From positions 43,805,101-43,856,863 of the forward strand of contig NC_068985.1 of the NCBI RefSeq assembly GCF_001194135.2: a stretch of 51,763 bases of DNA, read 5' to 3'. This stretch comes from Octopus bimaculoides (lineage: Eukaryota). A program made the position numbers and the translations under genes. The notes beneath the pieces were generated by a model. It did no database searches, was not told where the DNA came from, and was given only the letters and a program-made list of their open reading frames with translations. Numbering within the stretch: the first letter of the stretch is position 1; every line of letters starts with the position of its first letter. Shown here one piece after another: positions 21,886 through 33,309 of this stretch.

Positions 21886-22263
21886 ACCACTCTTTCTTTC
21901 CTTCTCTGGGCGTCTTATTGATACTTTGCATGTACCACGTCCTCACGTTATTTTTTCTCTTGTCTTTTTTTTCTCCGTTTTTAAAAAAAAAATTAATTAT
22001 ATATACTAGCCTCTTGATAATATTTTCACATTTGATACCCAATTCTGATAATTTTTACATTTGACATCTAATTATTTCTTTGTATAATAGTGCTCACTTG
22101 CTTAGTAAATATTGTTTTCATTATTTTATCATAGTCATAATCTCTCTTTTTTTTAGACAAACATCACAGTAGTCCAACAACAGAGGGAGAAGCAGTTTGT
22201 CAAGTTTTATCTTCCCCTCAAAGCAACATAGAAATTTCAATTCAGTAACCCGTCTGTAAGCTT

Positions 22264-22316
<53 letters not shown>

Positions 22317-23548
22317 GGAGAGAGAGAGAGAGAGAGAGAGAGAACATTGCAAACAATGAATGAAATAAACATGAAATGAAAAAATTGTATAAATAAAAGG
22401 GCGTTACTATAGATGTATACACCCCACTAACTTTGTTGCCTCATGACATCCAGAAAAACGGATGCTTTTTACCAAAATTCTCTACAAATATCGCTTAGAT
22501 GTTGTGGCTTCAGAGTATATAGGGATTTATGGGAAAGAATTTTTCCGAGGGGGTAGAGAGAGGAGTTTCGGAAAATTCACATGATTTGACTTTTTTCCCT
22601 CATAACTTTCAGGAAGATGGGTATCTTTTAATGAAAATTTATACAAACCGCTTTCAACCGGCATAGATTACGATTATAAAGAAATCTGTGGGGAAAACTT
22701 TTCGGGGATTTTCCCATTTTATTTAAACCACTGCCTTCAAAATGATGGGGTTGGTGGGGACATCTTTGTATGAAAAAGTTTTGAAAACTCTTTTTTATTA
22801 CACCCCTCCCTCATCATCCCATTCAGGACCTATTTTGGCCAAAGAGCATTTACGGTAAATAAAATAAAAGAAATTGTTAATATTTTCAGCGGGAAGAGTG
22901 ATTTAAGGGCAATTTGGCTGTTGTTTCTAGCACATCCAAAGACAACCCTCTTCATGTCTTTATCACTCTCGCATGTATTGCTGTTTTTCAATATCCGCCC
23001 CCCCTCCATAAATACATTTATATGCTACAGAGAAAAAAAATTAGGAAATTAGGAATTTTTTGCAACCCCACTCCCTGCACCCGATTGTTTCTGCATAGAA
23101 ATTAAAATATTTGAGAGCATGAGAAAGTCATTGCTGGTATTTATCCACAGTGATTTAAAAAATTACGGAGATGTACTTGCATAGCACGTGACTTGATCTG
23201 AGATCGTGTTCTGAAGCAAAAACAATTGCAGTATGGAAGATATTTGTAAGCCATTCAAGAAGACACAAAAACCGTTGGTTTCAATTCAACATTAAAATTT
23301 CATTTGTATCAAAATATTTTCATCGCTTTGTAACCGCGACCTTTTCACTGATAAAACTTCACAAAAGTGATGCAGCACGAAGTTTTGTCAGTGAACAGCA
23401 CACACACACGCACACACATTAATTGCCTTTCATTTGTGTGTATGTGTATCTATGTGTGTGTATTAGTGTGTGTGTGTGTGTGCGTGTCACTGTTGAAGTC
23501 GCTCGTGCAACTTGTTTGTGTATATATTGGCTTAGTGGTACAGAGAAT

Positions 23549-23877
23549 GGATCTGTTCAATTTGGCTCACAGATTTTTTTGATTAATTTTTTTTTTAACT
23601 AAGCAATTTGAGACTTCGTATACTGTTGTTGTTCCTCTTCGATTACTATCGCAAACAGCGGTAGTTTTTTTTTTCAACTGAATATACGTCGATGATTGGT
23701 TGAAATTACCCAAATACGACAACTTTAACACGAAATGACTTCTAAAATACCAAATTCTGTCAAAAATGTTCAAAGTAAACTGTGTTCTGCGTGAGACATT
23801 CCACCAGTATACGAAGTTTCAAATTGTTTAACTAAAAAAATTAATTAAAACATCTGTGCACTAAACTGAACAGATCC
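23549..23877. mobile_element. Older, divergent GGATC-TIR MITE related to 10226-10863
   Basis: Ends GGATCTGTTCA / TGAACAGATCC; shares GATTGGTTGAAATTAC..AATACGACAACTTTAACA; no TSD retained. Confidence 0.7.
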
Positions 23878-24522
23878 TTACATTACGTGTACATTAATAG
23901 AATAAACTGTCGGTTTTCCAAATAGCGAATTAAAACTTAAAAGAGAAAGTGAGAGACTTTTCAAATGAAAATGGAATACTCCGCAGTGAATGCAATGAAT
24001 ATCTAAATTCGTGAAGAATTGGTCGTAGTGAATGCAATGAATATTTAAATTTTCTAGAAATTGGAATTTAAAAAATTCAATAAACATGAGAAATCGAAAT
24101 TATAGGAAATTTCTTAGAACATGGATCTATAAAAATATTTCCATATGGTCAACCCTTTAATAATTGCTTTCTTTTAGTACTTTTAGTAATTGTTACATAC
24201 CTAATTAATAAGCAGCTTTCTCCATTATAGTACACACACACACACATACACACACACACACACACAAGAGTTAAGGAATGGAGTTCCATTCCTTAACTCT
24301 TATATTTTATTCGCATACCTGGCAACCTTAGCTGCCTACCGTGAAAAATAAAACACCTTTTTTCAGCTTACCGTACTTCAATACAGAAAAAATCCACAAC
24401 CTTCCGCCTCAATAAACCACTGTTGTTCCTGAAAGTTGCTTTTTACATTTTCTACAGTTTACTTGAAGCTAACCTTCTTCCTTCACCTCGATCCTTGGAT
24501 CTTACACACACACGCACACATA

Positions 24523-24779
24523 TGAGTGGATGCTGAAAAGTTCATGGCTTTGGGTAAAAGAAAATAGAAGAGAATTATGATTGCCCCAGCATGGCCACAG
24601 CTCATGAGCTGAAACTAGATAAAATGAAAAATAAAATGAAAATTCCCCACTCAGATTCACACACTTACTGAAGCGGTCTTTCAGTTTTTCTAAGCTCTGT
24701 AAAAGAACTCGTAAGGTTGGGTCTCCATCCAGGCCTTTCGTGACATCCTTAGAGCCAGGAACTTTTCAGCACTCATTCG
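24523..24779. mobile_element. Mariner-derived MITE with a transposase C-terminal remnant
   Basis: TIRs containing GCTGAAAAGTTC(A/C)TGGCT, TA on both flanks; minus-strand ..LEKLKDRFSKCVNLSGE resembles a mariner C-terminus. Confidence 0.7.
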
Positions 24780-24979
24780 TATATACTGGGGAATATTCTC
24801 TTTCGATGTAGTAGGGAAAAGGGGGGCTCCTAATTGTGTGTTTATTGTAGTAATTAGTTTATTGTAGTGAAACTGTTTTTCATGTTATTTTTCTGTTGCT
24901 TAAAATGTTTGCAATATTTTTGTCTCGGCTCATCGTTAATGACTTAAGAATTGTACGTAACTCACAGGAAACATATATA

Positions 24980-25213
24980 CAGGTTTGACCAAAAGTCACC
25001 CGACAGTAAATTAAAATTCCATAAATATTATCTGCAATTCTGTATTGACTCGAATTGGAAAAATTTGTCGCTCAAGAAGGACTTCAGTTTGAACAATTTT
25101 CATGATGTTTCATATTTAGATGTTTTTATTAAATCCATTCAGTTGTTAAACATATATAAATCTTGGAATTAAATGGTTTTGATTTACTGTCAGGTGACTT
25201 TTGGCCAACCCTG
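24980..25213. mobile_element. Tc1/mariner-type MITE
   Basis: TIRs CAGGTTTGACCAAAAGTCACCCGACAGTAAAT / ATTTACTGTCAGGTGACTTTTGGCCAACCCTG with TA on both sides. Confidence 0.85.
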
Positions 25214-28107
25214 TATATGTCACAAACAAAATAACATATTTCCAACACCTCCCTCAAACACAATGGGCTTCTTTCAGTTTCTGTTCACCAAATTCCACAA
25301 AGAAGGTATTAGAGAACCCTAATGTACTGCACAGTAGAATCAAACTCAAATACACATGACTGTGAAACGAATTACTTAAACTCAGTAATTTCAAGAGGCA
25401 AAGTGTTTTTCAACCTTTCAACGTCTTCATTTTCCCTACGCTAATATAATGTATTGTGTGTGTAAAAGGCGAGTTATTCACACATCTATTGATATTTTTC
25501 AATATTTTTCTCCCCATTATTGAATGATTATGTCAAAGTTACACACGTGTAGTCCCAACCGAGCGAGGCTGTGTTATATGTGCGTGTAAGAAAAAAACCC
25601 ACATAAAAACATCTTTAATGTTCGTATTAATCTGTCAAATGTAATGCTTATTTGTTCACACTATTTTGAATTATTCAGGTTCAAAAGGTGTTTCCACAAT
25701 ATTTGCTTGTAACTTTGTAAATTTTTTTATATACAGATTTGAAATTTTGTCAGTCTGTGCTTTATATACCATTAGTTTATAGTTATGTAATTTTAGCTGA
25801 TCTTGCTGAGTAAATTTGACTTTTATGGGCAGGTAAACTCAATTAACGGGTGTAAAAGCAATAACATTATGGATAAACACTAAAATTGAAATTCTTAACG
25901 CATCTTGCTTGTTTGATTTATTACTAAAATTATCCCAGATGGCAACCGACAAAAATTTTGCCACTTTTCAAGGGGAGGTACATTAATTTGAATTAATTAA
26001 AATACATGTATAATCGGTACAAGACTTTATTCTTTCGGCAAATATTTCATACCTCGGTGTGGAATAATTTTTTTCCAGTTTTTTTCGGGTGCATTCAACG
26101 TATCTGACCTCCAAACCCGCCGCAAGTCACTTTTTTCCGGAAAAGAAAGGTGGGAGGGGTGGTTTTGTTATCTCATTTTGTTTAATATATATATGCATGC
26201 CCAAATTTTACTCCTCACTCGCATCACTATTGAACCAAGACGGTTTACACACACACACACACACAGAGTTGCAGGGTTCATTAGAATCTAAGTTTTTCAA
26301 CGTGTAGGATGCCAAGAAAGGCCAGGTACTGGGCTTGCTATATTCAGTTGTCGTTAGCTGGCTGTATGGTGTAAGTATGTATATACATGTGCACAAGTCG
26401 ATCATAGACCGATAGAATAAGTACTCGATTTTAAAATACAAGAGTCGATTTGTTCCACTAGAACCGTTCAAGATGGTGTCCCAGCATGGCAGCAGTTTAA
26501 TGATTGAAGCAAGTAAAAGATAACACTTATGAATGAAGGAGAGAGATCCACTTTCGCTTTATTACAATCATTCATGAACAATACCCACTTTGGACAGAGT
26601 TGAAAGGGATGGGAAAGGGACCAAAAGAATAATCAATAGTTCATTGCAACATATTTTGCAAAACAGGCAAAAGGTTGGTATCACATCGTTTGTTTACAGT
26701 CTATTGGGTTTCAAATAAATAGACACTAATAATTAATTTATTTCTGACAGCGTAAAGGGTTTCGTTGTATGGTAAGAGTTAATAAAAGTACGCTTCAGCA
26801 CGAGTTTAACTGATTTGTTAGCCCCGATATTAATTTCAATAATCCATCTCTTTCACACGAGAACTTTGTTGGATCTCTATGGTTTATTGTATTTCAATCC
26901 AAACAATTAAAAAAAAAAATGTAACTCGTTGTATGCTGAAAGTGATTATTTCAAAAGATTTATCAGAGAATGCCTAATAGCTGTTATCTTTCTATAAATA
27001 TTGTTTGTTTTGTGGTACAGGCATATTTATTTTTTCTTTATTTCATCTTCGTAAAAGAAATGTTCTAACAATAATGAACAACCCCAATAAAATACAAGCA
27101 ATGAAACAAGAACACAGAAACGAAAGAAGAGAATACTATAAAAAACAAAAAAATAGAGAAAAAGAACTCGAAATCTGAAAAGAAACTTCTGTTGATTGAA
27201 ACGTCAGACCATCTTCTATCTGTTTCCAATTGCTTGTTCAAATCAAATTAATTTCTGAAATTAGTTGTGAGTGATCTCTTCCGTTTTATCTTCACAGATA
27301 AGTTGGTATTTTGAGTTCTGAATAGAAACGTTTCGTTTCTTTTTTAATATATATATATATATATATTTTACAACCACCGTTATTATTGTGTTTTAGCAAT
27401 ATTCACAATTACAGACACAAAAAAATCAGCTTGTCTCATTTTCTTTAATATAGAATAATTTGGTGCAGGCTTTTCAATCAATACTTATGTTAGTTCATCC
27501 ATTTTTTTCTTTCTTTCACATATGTTGTATACTAAATTAAATTATTACATCGCTTTATTTTTATATAGATTATTTTGACGTACATACATATATACATACA
27601 TCGTATAATATAAAATAATAATATTTGTAATGAGTGTCTGATTACCTACGCACACATTTTAAATTTGTATGCAGTTGATACTTCACCCCTAAGTTCGTGT
27701 AATATTTGAGGTTAATGTTATAATACTAAGTATATTATTGGTTTCTGAATCCCCCTTGTTAGTATAGGACCTATGCCTAACCACGAGAATCAGGGAACCA
27801 GTAGAATTAATAGCCCCTCTCTTCTATCCTCTATCGCGTTTTCCCAGCATTCGCTCAAAACAAAGCCTGAACGAATCTTTGGGTATCTAGGGAGTGAGCT
27901 ACTAATACTATACAATGAATTAAACCTTCCTACATGTATTTTTCATTAGCAATCATAAACATTAATGAATGTGTGTGTGTAAATGTATGTATATTTGTGC
28001 AGATATGGGTGTGAGCTTGAAGTCGCTTTGCAGCCATGTGGTTTTTTTGGGCAACTATGGCGGCACCTTGACAACGGCTTTTCTGCGAAAGCTCATCATC
28101 ATTATAT

Positions 28108-28119
28108 ATGTGTGTGTGA

Positions 28120-28192
<73 letters not shown>
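28108..28192. repeat. (GT)n(GA)n microsatellite
   Basis: Directly visible. Confidence 0.95.
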
Positions 28193-28197
<5 letters not shown>

Positions 28198-28495
28198 TTA
28201 AATACACAACCGAAAGAGCTACTAATAGTTTCATGCTATTATGATACTTGAACATGCATATTTCTAAAATATGTCATGTATGTGAAAGAAATTTTTCAGG
28301 CTCTGCTTGTGTGTGTGTGTGTGTGTGGGGGGGGGCGTGTGTTTGATTCCCTCCCGACATCGTTTGACAACCAGTGTTAATTTGTTTACGTCCTTGTAAC
28401 TTAGCAGTTCGGCAAAAGAGACCGATAGACAAAGTACCAAACTTAGAATAAGTATTGGGGATCTCAGTCTGTCATCTGTCTGACCGTGTGCCCCC

Positions 28496-29429
28496 NNNNN
28501 NNNNNNNNNNNNNNNNNNNNNNNNNNNNNNNNNNNNNNNNNNNNNNNNNNNNNNNNNNNNNNNNNNNNNNNNNNNNNNNNNNNNNNNNNNNNNNNNNNNN
28601 NNNNNNNNNNNNNNNNNNNNNNNNNNNNNNNNNNNNNNNNNNNNNNNNNNNNNNNNNNNNNNNNNNNNNNNNNNNNNNNNNNNNNNNNNNNNNNNNNNNN
28701 NNNNNNNNNNNNNNNNNNNNNNNNNNNNNNNNNNNNNNNNNNNNNNNNNNNNNNNNNNNNNNNNNNNNNNNNNNNNNNNNNNNNNNNNNNNNNNNNNNNN
28801 NNNNNNNNNNNNNNNNNNNNNNNNNNNNNNNNNNNNNNNNNNNNNNNNNNNNNNNNNNNNNNNNNNNNNNNNNNNNNNNNNNNNNNNNNNNNNNNNNNNN
28901 NNNNNNNNNNNNNNNNNNNNNNNNNNNNNNNNNNNNNNNNNNNNNNNNNNNNNNNNNNNNNNNNNNNNNNNNNNNNNNNNNNNNNNNNNNNNNNNNNNNN
29001 NNNNNNNNNNNNNNNNNNNNNNNNNNNNNNNNNNNNNNNNNNNNNNNNNNNNNNNNNNNNNNNNNNNNNNNNNNNNNNNNNNNNNNNNNNNNNNNNNNNN
29101 NNNNNNNNNNNNNNNNNNNNNNNNNNNNNNNNNNNNNNNNNNNNNNNNNNNNNNNNNNNNNNNNNNNNNNNNNNNNNNNNNNNNNNNNNNNNNNNNNNNN
29201 NNNNNNNNNNNNNNNNNNNNNNNNNNNNNNNNNNNNNNNNNNNNNNNNNNNNNNNNNNNNNNNNNNNNNNNNNNNNNNNNNNNNNNNNNNNNNNNNNNNN
29301 NNNNNNNNNNNNNNNNNNNNNNNNNNNNNNNNNNNNNNNNNNNNNNNNNNNNNNNNNNNNNNNNNNNNNNNNNNNNNNNNNNNNNNNNNNNNNNNNNNNN
29401 NNNNNNNNNNNNNNNNNNNNNNNNNNNNN
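28496..29429. other. Assembly gap (N)
   Basis: N run. Confidence 1.
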
Positions 29430-29469
29430 CCCCTCCCTCTATATATATTTACACATACATGTATATTTA

Positions 29470-31790
29470 TCATCATCATCATCATTTAATGTCTGTCCCA
29501 TGCTAGCATGGGTGGGACAGTACCACAAAAGCCAACCAGGCCGAACCCTGCACCACACTTCTGTGACTGTACTGGTAGGATTTTTACAGCCAGATGCCCT
29601 TCCTAACATCAACTACTCAGCAGAGAGGACTTAGTGCTTTTTATGTGGCACAAACACTGGCAAGGTCAGTTTTGGCAAGGTTTTTACAGCTGGATGTCCT
29701 TCTGAATACCAACCACTTTACAGTCAGGACTGGGTACTTTTAAGTGGCACCTGCACTGACAGGGTCACCAAGTACTTGCAAGACAAAAACTTTTAAGAGG
29801 GAAGGAGGGATTGAAGGAGGTGATGATGAAAAGGTTATAGTGAGATAGATACAGGTGTCTTGCTGTAGAGGAAGTACAAGGTTACCTGGCTGGAGAAAGA
29901 AAGACAGGAATGTAGATAGAAACAGGTGTGCTACCGCAAAGAAAATACACAGTTGCCCAACATGAGGGAAGTGCAGGAGAAAGAGAAAGAGAGAGTAGGA
30001 GACCACAGGATGGAGATGGTAGCAAAATGCTGGGCATACTCACAAGGAATGGGAGATCAGAGTATAAATGAGTTGGTTGAGTAAAGGAAGAGAGAGATAT
30101 AGAAAGTGGCAAGTGCCAGAGCATACCCTTGAGGTTCAAGTGCCATGATATAAGTGGCAGGATATTGCAAAGGGAGTGTGATTAAAGAATGAGTGTAAGT
30201 GTCAAAATACCTGGGTATATATAGAGTTGGAGGCGCTACCGGGTAGCAATGATACAGAGGAACAAGGGTGTGAGGACAGGATTGGGGAGTGAATGAAGTG
30301 AGGAAGGTGAATTTCCTCCTTCATAGTGAATGAAGGAGGAAATGTGAGAAAGAGAAGAGATGTAGATTGGTTTGTTGGATTAGGGTGAGGGAAAGTTTTC
30401 TTGTTATGTGTTGTTGGAACACCCAGGTCGGGGGCTGGCAGATGGCAATAACAGAGTGAGACAAGGGTTGTGGGTAGAATGCACAGGTCAGGGGTAATCA
30501 GAGAGCAATGATACAGTGGCACTGGGATAAGAGGACAAGATTGGGGAGTGGGAGGTAATCATAGTACATGAAGCAGAAATGTGAGGAAGAGAAGGGATGT
30601 TGAGATGCAGTTTGGTTCATCGTGTGAGAAGTTTTCTTGTTGAGTGTGGGTGGGATATACAGCGCTTCTAGAACTCAGTTTTGCTGATGTGGGTGGGTCT
30701 TCTCAAGAACTTCATACCACCAGACATCTTGGTCCATGGTCATTTCTTCTGTGAGGTCCAACTCCCTGAGATCATTCATTACCACTACTTCATCCCATGT
30801 CTTCCTGGGTCTCCCTCTTCCATGGGTACCATCCACTTTCAGTGATCGGCACTTCTTTTTGCAGCTGTCCTCAAACATACACATCAGATGTCCAAACCAA
30901 CGTAGTCTTCTCTCTTGCATTCTACATTTGATTCCTCTTATGCCCAACTTTTCTCTTAATACATTTGCACTTTGTTGTACATGTGCACTGATGTTGCACA
31001 TCCAATGGAGTATACTACCTTTGTTTCTTTCCAGTCTATGCATGTCTTCAGCATTCAGAGCCCATGTCTCACTACCATGGAGAATAGCCATTCGTACACA
31101 AGCATTATATAGTCTCCCTTTCATTCTGAGAGAGAGGCCTTTTGTTGCCAACAGAGGTAATAACTCACTGAACTTCCTCCACCCAATTCTTATTCTTGAA
31201 ACAATACTTTCAGAGCATCCTCCACCATTGCTAATTTGGTCACCTAAGTAACAGAAACTATCTACAACCTCAAGAGAGCCTCCTGGGCATTTGAGAGAAT
31301 CTAATTCCTGTGTGCTCTTAATGCTTATTGTTCCTGCACATCTGCCACATACAAAGACTATTCTATCTATTAATCTACTTGTGACACCACTGCATTTCTT
31401 TACACTGGATGCAGTGAATGGAATTTCTTCCAACTCCTTTCCTACATACAGAGCAGGGCCATTTAGCTGATGCAAAGAAAGTTTTATCTTTTTTCTTACT
31501 AACAACCACTTTTGTATTAGCTAGGATAACTTTAAGGTCCTTTGATTCCAGGTTTTGTTTCCATACCTGGAATTTTTTCTCCAATTCTGCTAAAGATTCT
31601 GCAATAAGAGCAAGGTCATCAGTATATAGTAGTTCCCATGGGCTCCCAGTTTTGAATTCCTCTGTTATGGTGTGGAAGACTATAATGAATAAGTGTGGGC
31701 TGAGAACTGAGCCCTGGTAAACCTCTACCTCTGTATTCATGGCCAACTCTCACCTTACTGACAGCACCACTGTACAGTGGCTATGAGAGA
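29470..31790 (-). mobile_element. 5'-truncated RTE-clade LINE: RT C-terminal half, long purine-rich 3' region and (ATG)n tail
   Basis: QGSVLSPHLF, LLYTDDLAL, SFCYLGDQI, GWRKFSELLPLL, LHGSETWAL and LRWFGHLM..GRGRPRKTW in ORFs 31375-31746 and 30675-31505 (one frameshift). RTE-type 3' motif AGGAAGGGCATCTGGCTGTAAAA. The extent of the 3' region is inferred. Confidence 0.9.
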
Positions 31791-32096
31791 AATCCAGGTC
31801 ATCTGATATGGAGACCGTGGTGCAGATAACCAGGATTAAGCTTGATATCTATATACATATATATATAAACACATATGAATACAGATAGATATATACAAAG
31901 ATATGTATAGATACAAATAACTATATTCAGGAGAATACATATGTGCAAGCATATAAGATACATTTACATGGAACATAATAAATACAAAAAACATGGTATT
32001 TTTTAACTTAACAGCTATTTCTGAGAGCTCAGAATTGTATAATAAATAATTGTAATGTTCATAATTAGTAGATATAATGTGCAGAAAGTCAAGGAC

Positions 32097-32100
32097 ACGC

Positions 32101-32183
<83 letters not shown>
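32097..32183. repeat. (CA)n microsatellite
   Basis: Directly visible. Confidence 0.95.
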
Positions 32184-32186
<3 letters not shown>

Positions 32187-32339
32187 TTGGTGTTCAATAT
32201 AATCAAGAACTTGATAAATATTGTAATATCTCTGTTATTCACCATATTCATAAACATATTCACCATATGTGGCTAGGTAAGATCTGTAAATATAAGAAAC
32301 TTGATATTTTGATTCCTGCCCACAGTTGAGGGGCTTTGC

Positions 32340-32568
32340 AAGTTATTTGGTGACTTCACTTGTGCTGGTATCATGTTAGCAGCACTTAGTACACTATGTA
32401 AAGTAGTGTGTGTTAGGAAAGACATCTAGTTGTGAAAACCATGCCAAATCAGACAGCCAAGCTTGATGCAGTCTTCTGATTTACTAGCTCTTGTCAAACC
32501 ATCCAACCCATGCCAGCATGGAAAATGGAAATTAAATAATAATAGTAATGACGATGATGATGATGAGG
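32340..32568 (+). mobile_element. SINE or LINE 3' end with an RTE-type tail ending in (GAT)n
   Basis: AACCCATGCCAGCATGGAAAATGG...GATGATGATG. Confidence 0.6.
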
Positions 32569-33309
32569 ATGTACTTGGTTGGATTAAAACGGTCTCTCAC
32601 CTCTGTTTGCTAACCACTTTACTAAAGGGTTTGAGTGCATTTTATCAAAGCAACAAATGCTTGTTGTAGTTACCTTGTGTCCAACAAGACTAAAAATATT
32701 TCACTATTCTATGATGTCTCCATTTGTTCAACACAGAGTGACCAAAGGCAAGATGAATAGAAGAGAGCAATGACAGAAGTTTCAAGGTAAATGGGTGAAG
32801 GAAGCAAGAGTACAGAGAGAGAAGCAGAGCAAACGAGAGGATGGTAGAGGTGGGAGTGCAGGAAGAGGCTGTGATGGCAGCTATATATTTGCTGCTGTGT
32901 AGCACCTTGCACAAGTGTCTTTTGCAATGGTCCTGACCTAACCAATAAATTGTGAGTGATTTTTTTATAGATGGAAACTGTATGGAAGCTCATCATATGT
33001 GTGTGTGAATGCATGTCTGTATGAATGTTTACATTTTTGTATTTTGCATGAATAAAAGCACTGAACTGCAAGTAATGTTGTTTGTTGATAAATTCCTATC
33101 AACTAATTGTCTTCTAGAGTTGCACTTTTGAAGAGGAGAGCAATGAAGAATCCCTTACCTGAAAAACAGGTAAGGGTTAATGATAGAAAAGGCATCCAGC
33201 TGTAAAATGATGCTGCAATACTATGTAATTGTCTAATCCATGTTAACGAGGAACAAATATTGCAAGTGAATGAATAAATATTTGTACATACATATATGTA
33301 ATTCAAATG

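Noticed and set aside
21323-22009. 228-aa plus-strand ORF
   Set aside because: Antisense shadow of the minus-strand Penelope RT fragment; no motif.
30736-31720. Plus-strand ORFs over the RTE element
   Set aside because: Antisense shadows of the LINE RT.
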